A DNA stretch of 64,000 nt, from NCBI GenBank assembly GCA_937897075.1, contig CALCPI010000268.1:2521-66520 (forward strand), in the 5' to 3' direction. The notes under the pieces are model-generated. The model was not told where the DNA came from. It searched no databases and was given only the letters and a program-made list of their open reading frames with translations. Below are positions 1-10,100 of this stretch, piece after piece; positions within the stretch are counted from its first letter, which is position 1; each line of letters begins with the position of its first letter. Origin of the DNA: an uncultured Verrucomicrobiales bacterium (GTDB taxonomy: Bacteria; Verrucomicrobiota; Verrucomicrobiia; Verrucomicrobiales; DEV007). The translations under genes and the position numbers were made by a program.

Positions 1-200
1 GAAATACGATAGGTCATCTGGTCGATGAGCACTCCGAAAACGGCTCCAACCAATCCACCGAGAACGAGAAAAGAATACTCCCTCCAGCGCGTTGCCTTCT
101 CCCTCTTCACAAGCCAGTCGATCAGAGCGACGACAGTCAAGAGGATCAGAACCGCCAGGATTCTTTCAGACAAAGTTGCGGGGATATACTGGCGTAACAT
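1..200 (-). CDS. Partial membrane protein (runs off the window start); absent from the ORF track
   Basis: Manual translation from ATG at 200: MLRQYIPATLSERILAVLILLTVVALIDWLVKREKATRWREYSFLVLGGLVGAVFGVLIDQMTYRIS, with no stop. It has two hydrophobic helices and starts 10 bp after the stop of the 211..4278 gene. Confidence 0.65.
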   Translation of the reverse strand, partial: MLRQYIPATLSERILAVLILLTVVALIDWLVKREKATRWREYSFLVLGGLVGAVFGVLIDQMTYRI

Positions 201-210
201 CGCGAACGTA

Positions 211-3200
211 TTACCGTCTTCCCTTTTTCTTTACCTTAAGAAAAAACGATCCTCGATCAGATTTACTGTCAGCAATTCTTGACTGGACAATGAAATAGAT
301 TCGCTTTTTGCGATCTCTACCTCGCAGTTTCTGCAGTTTCCTTTTACCCGGGCTGCTAATCGTGCAAATAATTTTTGATGCATCTCCCGGTGCTACTGCG
401 ATTTCAAATGTCCCGACACTCGCTGCAGCGGAAATGTTTTCATATCCTTCCTCACCGAGTCGTAACAGGCTGTAGCGAAATGGTCGAATCCGTGTGATGG
501 CGGATATTAGCCCTAAACTATCTTCCACGATTCCATCATTTTCGATTTGAAAATAAGCTCTATAATTTTTCTTCCGGCGCGTCGTTCCCTTCGCGTGAAC
601 TGTCTGAGGAGAGTTAAAGGGATTATCTGAATAGACGTTACCTCCAATCAATCCTATCGGTGATCGGCCGGCAAGTAAATCAGGTTGGTAGAGAAAAGGA
701 TCGTTGCTTGAGTAGTTTACGCCGGTTCGCAAGGTCCAGGGACCTCCTGGTCCCTCGGACGTAAAGTAAAATAGACCATCATCCGACTGCCCGCCGCCAA
801 TCGCATACGACCCGGGTGAGCCGGGGACGAAGTCGTCGAGAAGGACGGTCCCATCGCTGGTCCCGTCACTCATCCATAGTTCAGAGCCACTTTCACCGTC
901 ATCCGCCTGAAAAAACAGTAGTTCGTTTATGATGCGGAATTGTGAAATTGTAGAGTTTTCAGTCGAGGGGCTAAGATTCTCCAGCTTGAAAGTTCCAATG
1001 TCTGTCCCATCCGACCTCCAAATGCTTTCCCCTTCTAGCGTATCGATTACACTGAAATACAGGATGCCGTCATTGTTGAGAAGACTGCCAAAGCGACGCA
1101 GACCTCCGGAAACCGGTAGATTCACTCTTACCGTTCCTTCATTAGTCCCATCGGACAGCCAGAGCATTTGTTCGAAATTTAAAGTGAAAAACAGGAGGCC
1201 GTTGACATCCGTTAATTGATCCGGGTTTCCGGCATAGGATCCGGGGTAAGTATCCTTCAAGAGAACTGTTCCTTCGGAGGTTCCATCGCTTATCCACAGC
1301 TCCTCACCTGTAAAAGGTGAAATTGATTTGGCATTAAAAAAAAGGTTCCCGCCGGAAACAGTTAATCGCGCCGGGTCTATCGGAAGATTGTCTGCGTTCC
1401 GGTCTATTACCAAGCTTGTGCCGTCAAAGGTTCCATCGCTCTTCCAGATCTCATCTCCAGGGCCATCATGCGCAACAAAGTATAGTATCCCTCCATTTTT
1501 AACTAGTTCGCGCGGGGAACCGAGCCCACTGAAATCTTTCACCACAACGGTTCCAACCTCTGTTCCGTCTGAAATCCAAAGCTGGTTTCCTCCGGAACTT
1601 GTTTCATCAGTGGCAAAAGCAATACCATTCCCGAAAGCCGTGAGATGCATCGGGGTGGTTGAGGCATCCCCGGGAGTCAAATCAGCGACCTGATAAGTTC
1701 CGGGACCGCTGCCATCACTTTGCCAAAGTTCAACACCACTCGTTCCGTTGTTGGCCGTAAAAAACAACCGGTTGTTGGCCACCGTGAGCTCGGAAGGATA
1801 AGAGGAGCCTTCCCCTGATCTAATATCTTTTACGATCGATGTCCCGCTCACCGTGCCGTCGGTCTTCCACAATTCTCTTCCCAACTTATCTCCGGCTGCT
1901 GTAAAGTAGTAAAAACCGTTAAACTCCACAAGCTCCTGACTCTCCGTGGAGTTCAGGTCCTTTAGAATGTGCGTTCCTTCTTCGGTTCCATCACTGATCC
2001 AAAGTTCGTTTCCCGAGCTTCCATCATTGGCGGAAAAGACGAGCTTGTCTTGATACTCAAAGAAGTTTGCTGCAGATGAACTTTCTGAACCTGGATTGAT
2101 GTCCTTTACGATCGCTGTCCCATCTGCAGTTCCGTCACTTCTCCAAAGTTCGCGTCCATGGATCCCATCTTTAGCTGAAAAGAATGCAATCTCTCCTATA
2201 CCAAGAAAATCAGCGGGATTTGAACTGTCTGCTCCCGGATTAATATCCAGAACCGGACCTGATTCATTCGATAACCCGTCTGACACCCAAAGTTCAGTTC
2301 CCGTCGTGGAGTAATCATATTTCCCAAAGAATACCAGGTCATTCCAGCCATAAGCGAAAGTATCTAGAGCAAAACGTGAAAAAGAACCACCACTCGTAGT
2401 CATTCTATTTGTTCCTATAGCAGTCCCGTTGCTTGACCACAGTTGTCTTCCGTTGGATTGATTGGAGGCAGTGAAGAAAATTCGATTTGCCTGCTCAATA
2501 AATCCTATGGGCTCTGAACTGCCACTTCCCGGGACCAGGTCTATTACAAGGCTCGTTCCAACCGAGCTACCATTGGTCCTCCACAATTCGTTCCCGTTTT
2601 CGCTGGTGATGGCAGAAAAGTACAGGTGATTGCCATAGGTAATCAGTTGAAATTCTTGTGAGGATTGCCAGTTACCCGGTCTTAAACTGTCCGTAACGAG
2701 TTCCGTCCCGACGCTCGTTCCGTCACTCTTCCACAGGCTGGATATCCCCGATTTATAAACCGTGAAAAAAAGCTCGTTATTGAGAATTGCACTCGATTGA
2801 GGAGTGATGCGCTCAATCTTTCCGGGGAACTCCCGAATATTTACCGTCCCTTCAACAGTGCCGTCGGTTTTCCACAAATCGTATTGGGAACTGCTCCTCC
2901 TCGCAGTGAACAGAAGAGCATCTCCTAGGACGATGGGAATCCGTGGTCTTGAATCTTGAGTCCCGGGATAAATATCTTTCAAGAGGAATGTGCCGTCTGA
3001 GCTTCCATCACTCACCCAAAGCTCTGCTCCATTAACATCATCTACTCCCACGAAGAACAGATGCCCCCCGGCTTCAGAAAGATTGTATGGCCCTGATGTT
3101 AAATTGACTCCAGGATAGATGTCCTTCAAAAGAACAGTTCCACTTTCCGACCCATCCGTTTTCCAAATCTCTTTTCCATGCAATTCATTGGTGGCTACAA

Positions 3201-4278
3201 AAAACAGTGCATTATTGAAGACCGCAAACGAGGAGGGGGATGAGGAACCAACTCCGGGATAAATATCCTTCACCAGCACGGTGCCCTCACTGGTTCCATC
3301 ACTTTTCCACAATTCTGCCCCTTCATTTCCATACTCAGCGCTGAAATAAAACTCACCGTTGAATTCGGTGAACCCTTCAGGGAACGATCCTGATTCACCG
3401 CGAAACGCTTGCAGAGAGCTGCTGATAAACGGATCAATCGTGATCGGATAGGAAGCGCCCGAATCTTCAAAAGCGAGGGCAATTGTATGCTTCCCATCCC
3501 GACTCTCGACCAAGCGCAGCTCCGAGTCCAAAACCGATCCAGCGGAATCAAACACAACCAGACCGTGATAGTACAATTGGGCCGTTTCGTTGGCGTCAGA
3601 GAACTCAATAAAGCGTTCTCCCCTATCACCCTCGAGCAGTTCTGCTTTCAAGTCTGAGACAATTTCCAATTCCAATTGCTTCCCGCTCAAAGTGCTACCG
3701 ATCGAAGCGGGATCAGCGATTTCAAACCCTTGCTCCAATCCGTCCGCTGTATTTTGATACCACTCGATTATTCCCTTTTCCCTTCTCCGGGATACCATTG
3801 ATTCAGCAAGGTCAAAAGCATCGGGCTTCCCTTGTATTTGAGGGGTGATCGACCACGACCAGTCACCGGATCTCTCCGGGCCTTCAACGACTACTGTCCC
3901 ATCCTCTGGAAATTCAAAGAGTAGATTTTGCCGCTTATTTTCACAACTTAGCACTTCGCCACCACCGGACGGATGCTCCTTCGCATGGAAGAAATAGTCA
4001 GATCCCTCCGACCGTTTTGTGGTCGACTTAGTGATTATACGGGCAAACTGTTCAAAAGCCGCTTTTTGACTCTTCGAATACTCCTTTCCGGAAATTGAAT
4101 ATCCTTTGCCAATCTGCCGATCCGGCTCAGCACCGGAATGTTTCACTTTCGAGACATTCGACTGAAGCTTTTCCTTGTCGTTTGCGCTTGTATCAGAACC
4201 TGATGGCAGGCCTTTCCAAAAAATAAGGGCCGTGAAAAGGCAAGTTACGGCAAACAGGGAATATCGAATAGTCTTCAC
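211..4278 (-). CDS. Large secreted/surface ELWxxDGT-repeat beta-propeller protein with an N-terminal domain ending YPITIDP and a basic C-terminal domain
   Basis: 18 repeats of [EQS][LI]Wx[ST][DN]G[TS]xxGT. The GTG at 4278 gives VKTIRYSLFAVTCLFTALIFWKG, a signal/anchor; the ORF track extends to 4368. The last 159 aa are K/R-rich. Confidence 0.9.
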   Translation of the reverse strand: MKTIRYSLFAVTCLFTALIFWKGLPSGSDTSANDKEKLQSNVSKVKHSGAEPDRQIGKGYSISGKEYSKSQKAAFEQFARIITKSTTKRSEGSDYFFHAKEHPSGGGEVLSCENKRQNLLFEFPEDGTVVVEGPERSGDWSWSITPQIQGKPDAFDLAESMVSRRREKGIIEWYQNTADGLEQGFEIADPASIGSTLSGKQLELEIVSDLKAELLEGDRGERFIEFSDANETAQLYYHGLVVFDSAGSVLDSELRLVESRDGKHTIALAFEDSGASYPITIDPFISSSLQAFRGESGSFPEGFTEFNGEFYFSAEYGNEGAELWKSDGTSEGTVLVKDIYPGVGSSSPSSFAVFNNALFFVATNELHGKEIWKTDGSESGTVLLKDIYPGVNLTSGPYNLSEAGGHLFFVGVDDVNGAELWVSDGSSDGTFLLKDIYPGTQDSRPRIPIVLGDALLFTARRSSSQYDLWKTDGTVEGTVNIREFPGKIERITPQSSAILNNELFFTVYKSGISSLWKSDGTSVGTELVTDSLRPGNWQSSQEFQLITYGNHLYFSAITSENGNELWRTNGSSVGTSLVIDLVPGSGSSEPIGFIEQANRIFFTASNQSNGRQLWSSNGTAIGTNRMTTSGGSFSRFALDTFAYGWNDLVFFGKYDYSTTGTELWVSDGLSNESGPVLDINPGADSSNPADFLGIGEIAFFSAKDGIHGRELWRSDGTADGTAIVKDINPGSESSSAANFFEYQDKLVFSANDGSSGNELWISDGTEEGTHILKDLNSTESQELVEFNGFYYFTAAGDKLGRELWKTDGTVSGTSIVKDIRSGEGSSYPSELTVANNRLFFTANNGTSGVELWQSDGSGPGTYQVADLTPGDASTTPMHLTAFGNGIAFATDETSSGGNQLWISDGTEVGTVVVKDFSGLGSPRELVKNGGILYFVAHDGPGDEIWKSDGTFDGTSLVIDRNADNLPIDPARLTVSGGNLFFNAKSISPFTGEELWISDGTSEGTVLLKDTYPGSYAGNPDQLTDVNGLLFFTLNFEQMLWLSDGTNEGTVRVNLPVSGGLRRFGSLLNNDGILYFSVIDTLEGESIWRSDGTDIGTFKLENLSPSTENSTISQFRIINELLFFQADDGESGSELWMSDGTSDGTVLLDDFVPGSPGSYAIGGGQSDDGLFYFTSEGPGGPWTLRTGVNYSSNDPFLYQPDLLAGRSPIGLIGGNVYSDNPFNSPQTVHAKGTTRRKKNYRAYFQIENDGIVEDSLGLISAITRIRPFRYSLLRLGEEGYENISAAASVGTFEIAVAPGDASKIICTISSPGKRKLQKLRGRDRKKRIYFIVQSRIADSKSDRGSFFLKVKKKGRR
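847..3315 (-). repeat. Intragenic array of 18 ELWxxDGT repeats (~46-50 aa each)
   Basis: Counted in the translation from ELWKSDGTSEGT to ELWMSDGTSDGT. Confidence 0.9.
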
Positions 4279-4397
4279 GAATGGTATCCACACTAACGTA
4301 GTGACAATTCTGATCAAGCCGTTTCCACGTATCCGATGGCATGAAGTAGCAGAGAATTCGCTTGTCATACATTTTTCATCCCTGCTACCTTTCCCGC

Positions 4398-5300
4398 ATG
4401 CAAAATCGCAGAGACTTTCTATCTAAAGCCGCGCTTCTCACGACCGGACTCGGTCTCGGTGGGGCCAATGCTCTTGCCCAGATGCCGCGGGCATTAGCAG
4501 ATCCAAACTTTGTCGTGAAGAATGGACGCATCCGTCAGTCCATCATGGGGTGGTGTTTCAAGAAGCATTTCAACGCTCTTGAACTCGCCAAGCACTGCAA
4601 AGCGATTGGTCTTGTAGCGATGGAAGGAATTTCCCCGGATTCCTATCCCGAAGTTAGAAAGCTCGGGCTCGATATTTCCCTGGTCAGCTCCCACGGCTTC
4701 GCCACCGGTCCCTGCAATCCGGAGAATAAGGCCGAAGTCATCAAGAAGCTGAACGACTCGATCGATCTTGCGGTCAGTGTGAAGTGCCCAAGCGTCATCA
4801 CATTCACCGGAATGCGATTCGACGGGATGGACGATGAAAAGGCAGCCCAAAACTGCATCGACACCTGGAAGGAAGTTCTACCGAAAGCCGAAAAAGCCGG
4901 GATCACTCTGGTTTTGGAGCACTTAAATTCACGCGACGACTCCCATCCCATGAAAGGGCATCCGGGCTATTTCGGTGATGATGTCGATTTTTGCGTGGAC
5001 CTGATCAATCAGGTTGGTTCCGATAGCTTTAAACTGCTTTTCGACATCTATCACGTTTCCGTGATGAATGGTGACGTCATTCGCCGGATCCGTCAGTATA
5101 AAGACCTTATCGGACATTATCATACAGCAGGAAATCCCGGACGCGGTGAACTCGATGATACCCAGGAGATCAATTATCCACCGATTATGAAAGAGATTGT
5201 AGCCACTGGTTACAAAGGATTCGTGGCTCAGGAATTCATCCCGAACTGGGACGACCCGGTAGCTTCTCTGCGCCATTCTGCGCAGCTTTGTGATGTCTGA
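4398..5300 (+). CDS. Tat-exported xylose-isomerase-like TIM barrel protein (hydroxypyruvate isomerase / AP_endonuc_2 family)
   Basis: From ATG 4398: NRRDFLSKAA twin-arginine signal. Metal motifs LEHLN, LLFDIYH, HYHTAGNPGRGE and QEF are present. Confidence 0.85.
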   Translation: MQNRRDFLSKAALLTTGLGLGGANALAQMPRALADPNFVVKNGRIRQSIMGWCFKKHFNALELAKHCKAIGLVAMEGISPDSYPEVRKLGLDISLVSSHGFATGPCNPENKAEVIKKLNDSIDLAVSVKCPSVITFTGMRFDGMDDEKAAQNCIDTWKEVLPKAEKAGITLVLEHLNSRDDSHPMKGHPGYFGDDVDFCVDLINQVGSDSFKLLFDIYHVSVMNGDVIRRIRQYKDLIGHYHTAGNPGRGELDDTQEINYPPIMKEIVATGYKGFVAQEFIPNWDDPVASLRHSAQLCDV

Positions 5301-5398
5301 ATGACAAATAGTCGTCCCTCCTGGAAAATAGAATCGTAAGGTTTTCCGGAACTCCCTCATTATTTTACAGCCCTTTCATCAGCCAATTCTTTTCAACT

Positions 5399-6739
5399 AT
5401 GAATAAACAAACCTCACGAAGAAAATTCATCGGTCAGGCCGCTGCAGCGATTGCTGCACCGACGATCATTCCGGCATCCGTGCTGGGTAAAAATGCACCG
5501 AGCAATCGGATTACCATGGCCTTTGTTGGTCTTGGTAATCGCGGGATTGGCGTTATGGAGTCTTTCCTCAAATATGACGATGTCCAGGGGATGGCTGTCT
5601 GCGACGTCGCCAAACATCACGTTCGTGTCAGCAATGGTAAATCTTCTCGCGACTACGGTGTAGAAGCGGGAAAAGCTGCGATGGAAAAGAAACACTCCGA
5701 CCGTCTCGAAAAAGGCGAGTGGAAAGGATGTGACACCTATCATGACTTCCGTGAATTGGTAGCACGTGATGATATCGACGCCATTCAGGTGGCAACTCCC
5801 GATCATTGGCACGGAATCATCGCAATGGCGGCGATTAAGAGCGGTAAAGACGTTTATTGTGAAAAGCCGGTGACTCACCTCTACGGCGAGGGGCACGCGC
5901 TGCACCGTGCGGTTGCTGAGAAAAATGCGATCTTTCAGGTTGGATCACAGCAACGATCAACAAAGGAATTCCAGAAAGCTGTCGCTCTGGTCCGCAATGG
6001 TTTGATTGGAAAAGTTTCCAAAGTTGAAGTGGGCCTTCCTAAAGGGCACAACAGCCCGGAAGGAGATTCAACGATTAAGGATCCACCTTCAAACCTTGAC
6101 TACGACTTCTACTGCGGACCCAGCAAAATGATTCCCTACATGGATTGCCGCGTTCACTGGAGCTGGCGCTGGCACCTGAATTTTGGTGGCGGTCAGCTGA
6201 TGGACTGGATCGGTCACCACAACGATATTGCTCACTGGGGAATTGGTGAGGAAAAAGGTGGACCTATCTCGGTCGAGGCAAAAAACTGGACTTTCCCGGA
6301 AACTGAAGTCTATGACTCTCCGGTCGACTACGATGTTCACTCGAAATATGCCAATGACATTGAAGTTGTGATTTCCTCACGGAACCCGATGGGATCGAAG
6401 TGGATCGGCGAGAACGGCTGGATCCACGTTACCCGCGGAAAGCTGACAGCCTCCAATGAGGATTGGCTCAAAGACGATTTCGTTGCCGGTGACTGGAAGC
6501 CTTATAAGTCTCCGGGACATCAACGCAACTTTGTTGAATGCATCAAGTCACGTGAGGAAACCATTGCCCCGGCTGAAATTGGACACCGCTCCATTACCCC
6601 TGGACACATTGCTTATGTATCACACGGACTCGGCCGTAAGATCAAATGGGATCCCAAAGCAGAGAAAGTTGTCGGCGATGACGCTGCACAGGAAGCATTG
6701 ATGGCTTTGCCCTATCGCGGAGACTGGAAGCTCGGCTGA
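5399..6739 (+). CDS. Tat-exported Gfo/Idh/MocA family oxidoreductase
   Basis: SRRKFI signal, VGLGNRG Rossmann motif, ATPDHWH, YCEKP, QVGSQQRS and GGGQLMDWIGHHND. Confidence 0.92.
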   Translation: MNKQTSRRKFIGQAAAAIAAPTIIPASVLGKNAPSNRITMAFVGLGNRGIGVMESFLKYDDVQGMAVCDVAKHHVRVSNGKSSRDYGVEAGKAAMEKKHSDRLEKGEWKGCDTYHDFRELVARDDIDAIQVATPDHWHGIIAMAAIKSGKDVYCEKPVTHLYGEGHALHRAVAEKNAIFQVGSQQRSTKEFQKAVALVRNGLIGKVSKVEVGLPKGHNSPEGDSTIKDPPSNLDYDFYCGPSKMIPYMDCRVHWSWRWHLNFGGGQLMDWIGHHNDIAHWGIGEEKGGPISVEAKNWTFPETEVYDSPVDYDVHSKYANDIEVVISSRNPMGSKWIGENGWIHVTRGKLTASNEDWLKDDFVAGDWKPYKSPGHQRNFVECIKSREETIAPAEIGHRSITPGHIAYVSHGLGRKIKWDPKAEKVVGDDAAQEALMALPYRGDWKLG

Positions 6740-6772
6740 TTGATCCGTCGTAAAGACTTTATTTCCAGAAGC

Positions 6773-6802
6773 AAAGCGCCCGATCGAAAGATCGGGCGTT
6801 TT
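6773..6802 (+). terminator. Intrinsic terminator, possibly bidirectional, between convergent operons
   Basis: Perfect 9-bp stem CGCCCGATC-GAAA-GATCGGGCG followed by TTTT and preceded by AAAG. Confidence 0.85.
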
Positions 6803-6872
6803 CATTGAGTCCTGCAGCCATTTCCGTCTCCAAAGAATGAAGTCTTTCGTGGCTTCGCCTCAGTGGCGGTCC

Positions 6873-7115
6873 CTACGCGTTTCGACCGGAAGAGCGTTCC
6901 AGGATCCCCTCTTCTTCTTTCAACTCGTCAGTTAATCGTTCCAGGGCCCGGTCAGACAGATTGTTGTCGGCTTCCAGATCGACAACCTGCATGACATTCT
7001 TTTTCCAGATTAGATACCCCCAGCCCAGCCCGACCAGAACGAACAGGAGGGCGCAAGCGATGAAATAGAGGATTCCATTTCCCTCCGGGGAGGTCAGAAT
7101 TTCAGGAAGTGTCAT
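6873..7115 (-). CDS. Small single-pass membrane protein with a short coiled coil (ArfB-like position in the operon)
   Basis: 80 aa with TM ILYFIACALLFVLVGLGWGYLIW-KKN followed by a charged helix. Lies 34 bp downstream of the 1107-aa gene. Confidence 0.75.
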   Translation of the reverse strand: MTLPEILTSPEGNGILYFIACALLFVLVGLGWGYLIWKKNVMQVVDLEADNNLSDRALERLTDELKEEEGILERSSGRNA

Positions 7116-7149
7116 TACACAAGCGGTCTTGACCGGATTCTATACAAAT

Positions 7150-10100
7150 TCAGTTCACGGTTTCAGCAACCGCTTCCGCGATCAGGTTCACTTCCACTCG
7201 CCTAGCTCTCCATGAATCTTCGGATTGGCCGAACGATTCGTCTTCCCCTCCGCTTTGAACGCTGATGAGGGAATGAGAGACTCCATTTTCCATGAGCCGT
7301 TCCCTGACTGCCTCGGCGCGTCTCGCACTGAGAGATTCGTTCATTGCTTCACTCCCTTCGGCACCGGAATAACCCAGCACCGAGATTTTGATGCGACCAC
7401 CTGCGCTGCGAACTTCTCTTGCTGCGCGATCGATTTCGATTAGGGCTTCGCCGTTCAGGTTGACCTTGGTGTCGTCAAAGAAGACGCGGAGACTTCCATT
7501 TCCTGAATCTTCAAAGTGAGGAGCAATTGCTGATTTCACCCGGTTGATACTGTGAGGAGATTCTTCTCCTTCGACCGATGCTTCAGATTCCTGGAAGTTT
7601 TCCCGCTGCCTTTCGTAGGTCAGCTGGTCTTCCAGCTCGCGAATAGCCATTTGCTTGAACGAAAGATCATTCCGCAATGTCTCGACCAACTCCTTCAGAT
7701 GAGAAGCGGATTCTTCTTGGTGCTCATGCTGATGGTGAGCGGCACGGCCACTCTCCAATTCCTGTTGAGCTGACTGCAGTTCTTCAAGAGCTCGGTTCAG
7801 ATCTTCAATAGCAGTGTCCTTTTCACCTTGGGCAGACTGAAGCTTCGCTTCCGCGGCCTCTAACGGTTCCGCAGTAGCAGCAATCTCATCCTGCAACAAT
7901 TCGATACTTTCCGTTTGCGATAAAAGCTCTATCTGATGCGCCTGCTTGATCTCGATAATCTCCTCACGCAGGACAACCAGTTCATTCTCACAGGAGCCAA
8001 AATTCTGTTCCGCATCAACGGCCCGGGCTTCCAGTAGGGCTATTGAATCTCCAAGAGCGTTGATTTGATCGTCTTCAGAAGCGAAGAAATCTGACATACT
8101 TGGCTGAGACCCTCCATCATCACTGTCATTACCCCCGAATGATTGAAAATCGCCATGGATCAGTCGATTAATCCGATCAGAAAAATCACCAAGCTGTTGG
8201 GTTTTAACATCCAGGACTTCAGCAAGATGGGTGCTGTTGGTCTCTAGCGTCTCCTGAGAGTGCTGGGCTGCCGCAAGCTGCGACTTCAACTCATCATTCT
8301 CAGTTTCAGCGGTTTCGACTTCCATTTTCAAGGTCGCAATGGACTGTTCCTGCATGGACTGAGTCTCTTCAGAGCTTAAAGCTTCACCCCGAAGCAGATC
8401 GAGATCCCTGGCCATTGTTAGATTCATTTGCTCCAGTTCCTGGACCTTCGTGGTAAGATCCTCCGAACCCGTTTCAATCGTTTCCAATTGTTCACGGGCA
8501 GCTTCCAGCTCACTCTTGGCAAGCTCAAGTGCTTCAGATTTTTCTGTAGCCTCTGTTTTCATGAGATTGTAACGGTCTTCGAGCACCAGCATTTTCTGGC
8601 GGCGTCCTTCGACATCAGAAGACATCTCCTCCATATCTGCCGTCATCTTCTTGACCTCATCCTTCGATTCCGTGAGTTCCGTCTCCAGATCAGCGATCTG
8701 TTTGCTCATGATGCCGTTGTCCCACTTCAGATCATCCAACTCTTTGGATACTTCCTGAGAATGGCTCGAGGAGCGATTTAGAGTGCCAGTAGCGATCTCC
8801 AGTTGGGTGCTGATGCGATTCATCTCGCCGTATCGATTGGAGAGAGCGAGTTCGACTTCCGCGATGCGCCCGGTGAGCATCTCGGCAATAGAAGCTTTTT
8901 CCAAAAGCTCGCTGCTCATGCTCGAATGCCCTTCAGTCATCCCTTCGAGGTCTCCCTCTTGCTCAGCGACTTTCACCCGAAGATTGCGGATCAGTTCCCT
9001 CTGGGATTCCAGTTCCTTAACAGCGTCACTCACTTCTGCATTTCGGTCGTCCACAATAGCCTCAAGCTCTTCGATTTGATTCCCCAAATCTGTGAGTTCC
9101 GATTTCTGCTCCGCTTCTCTTCTGCGGAACTGGCTCAATTCGTTCGCGGTGCTTTCCACTTCTTCGGTGAGTCTTCCGATCTCTGAATTCGCCTCTTCTA
9201 ATTCTTCCGGGGCAATAGCATTGCTTTCCAGAGCGGATTTTGCGCCCTCTTCTTCTGCCAGTCGCGCTTCCAGAACTTCGACGCCGCCAAAGGTTTGATT
9301 ATAACCTTCACGAACATCGGTCATCTCATCGAGAGCGTCTTTGAGCTCAGCCTTAAGGCGTTCGATGACACGATCTTTTTCAGCGAGCAGTTCATCACTG
9401 TCTCCATCCCCAAAACCTTCGGATGGCGGTGACATTGCAGCCATTAGCGGAACAATGGTCGTTTCGCTTTCTTTCGGGGCGTCGTCCACGGCTCCACTCT
9501 GAGCCAGCAGGTTTCCGATGGTATCGGATTTTCCAAGCGTTGCGATCTCGTCCTCCCGATTCTGGAGCTCCAACTCCAGATCAGAAATTTGCTGATAAAG
9601 TCCCTGGAGAGCTTCGGAATGATCATCCACCTGACTATCAAGCTCATCTTGAAGTGCCGTCACTTTCTCAGTGAGCTCATCCACTTTTGGTTCCGCTTCA
9701 GTAGTTGAATGTACCGCTGGGACAATTTCCCTGCTGACTTTGGAATCGCTGGATTGAAGGTTTTTCAGTTCGCGGCCACGCTGCTTCAGAAGAGCGGCAA
9801 GCTGGACACTTTCCCTGTAGCTTCCGCCTCCGTCTGTGGCGCTTTCCAATTTCGACTTCAAGTCAGTAACTGTTGATTCCAGTTCACGAACCCGAACTGA
9901 CTCCGGCTCTGCAATAACAGAATCAGATCCCTTGCCGCTGCGAAGTTCATGAAGTTTGTCATGAGCATCGACAAGATCCTGTTCAAGATCGGTCACTCTC
10001 GAACGCAGCAAACGCACTTCATCTGTTTCTGCACGGAGATCCAGGGAGTGATTCAAGCCTGAAATCTCTTCATCACGTTTTTCGAGGAGGTCCTCCAGTT

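Noticed and set aside
214-690. Type IX secretion CTD or PEP-CTERM signal
   Set aside because: No YPNP-like T9SS motif, no PEP motif and no C-terminal TM helix; the domain is about twice the T9SS CTD length.
847-3315. CRISPR-like or mobile repeat array
   Set aside because: The repeats are degenerate protein-coding ELWxxDGT units, not identical DNA repeats with spacers. I saw no cas, transposase or integrase genes, tRNA or rRNA anywhere in the window.
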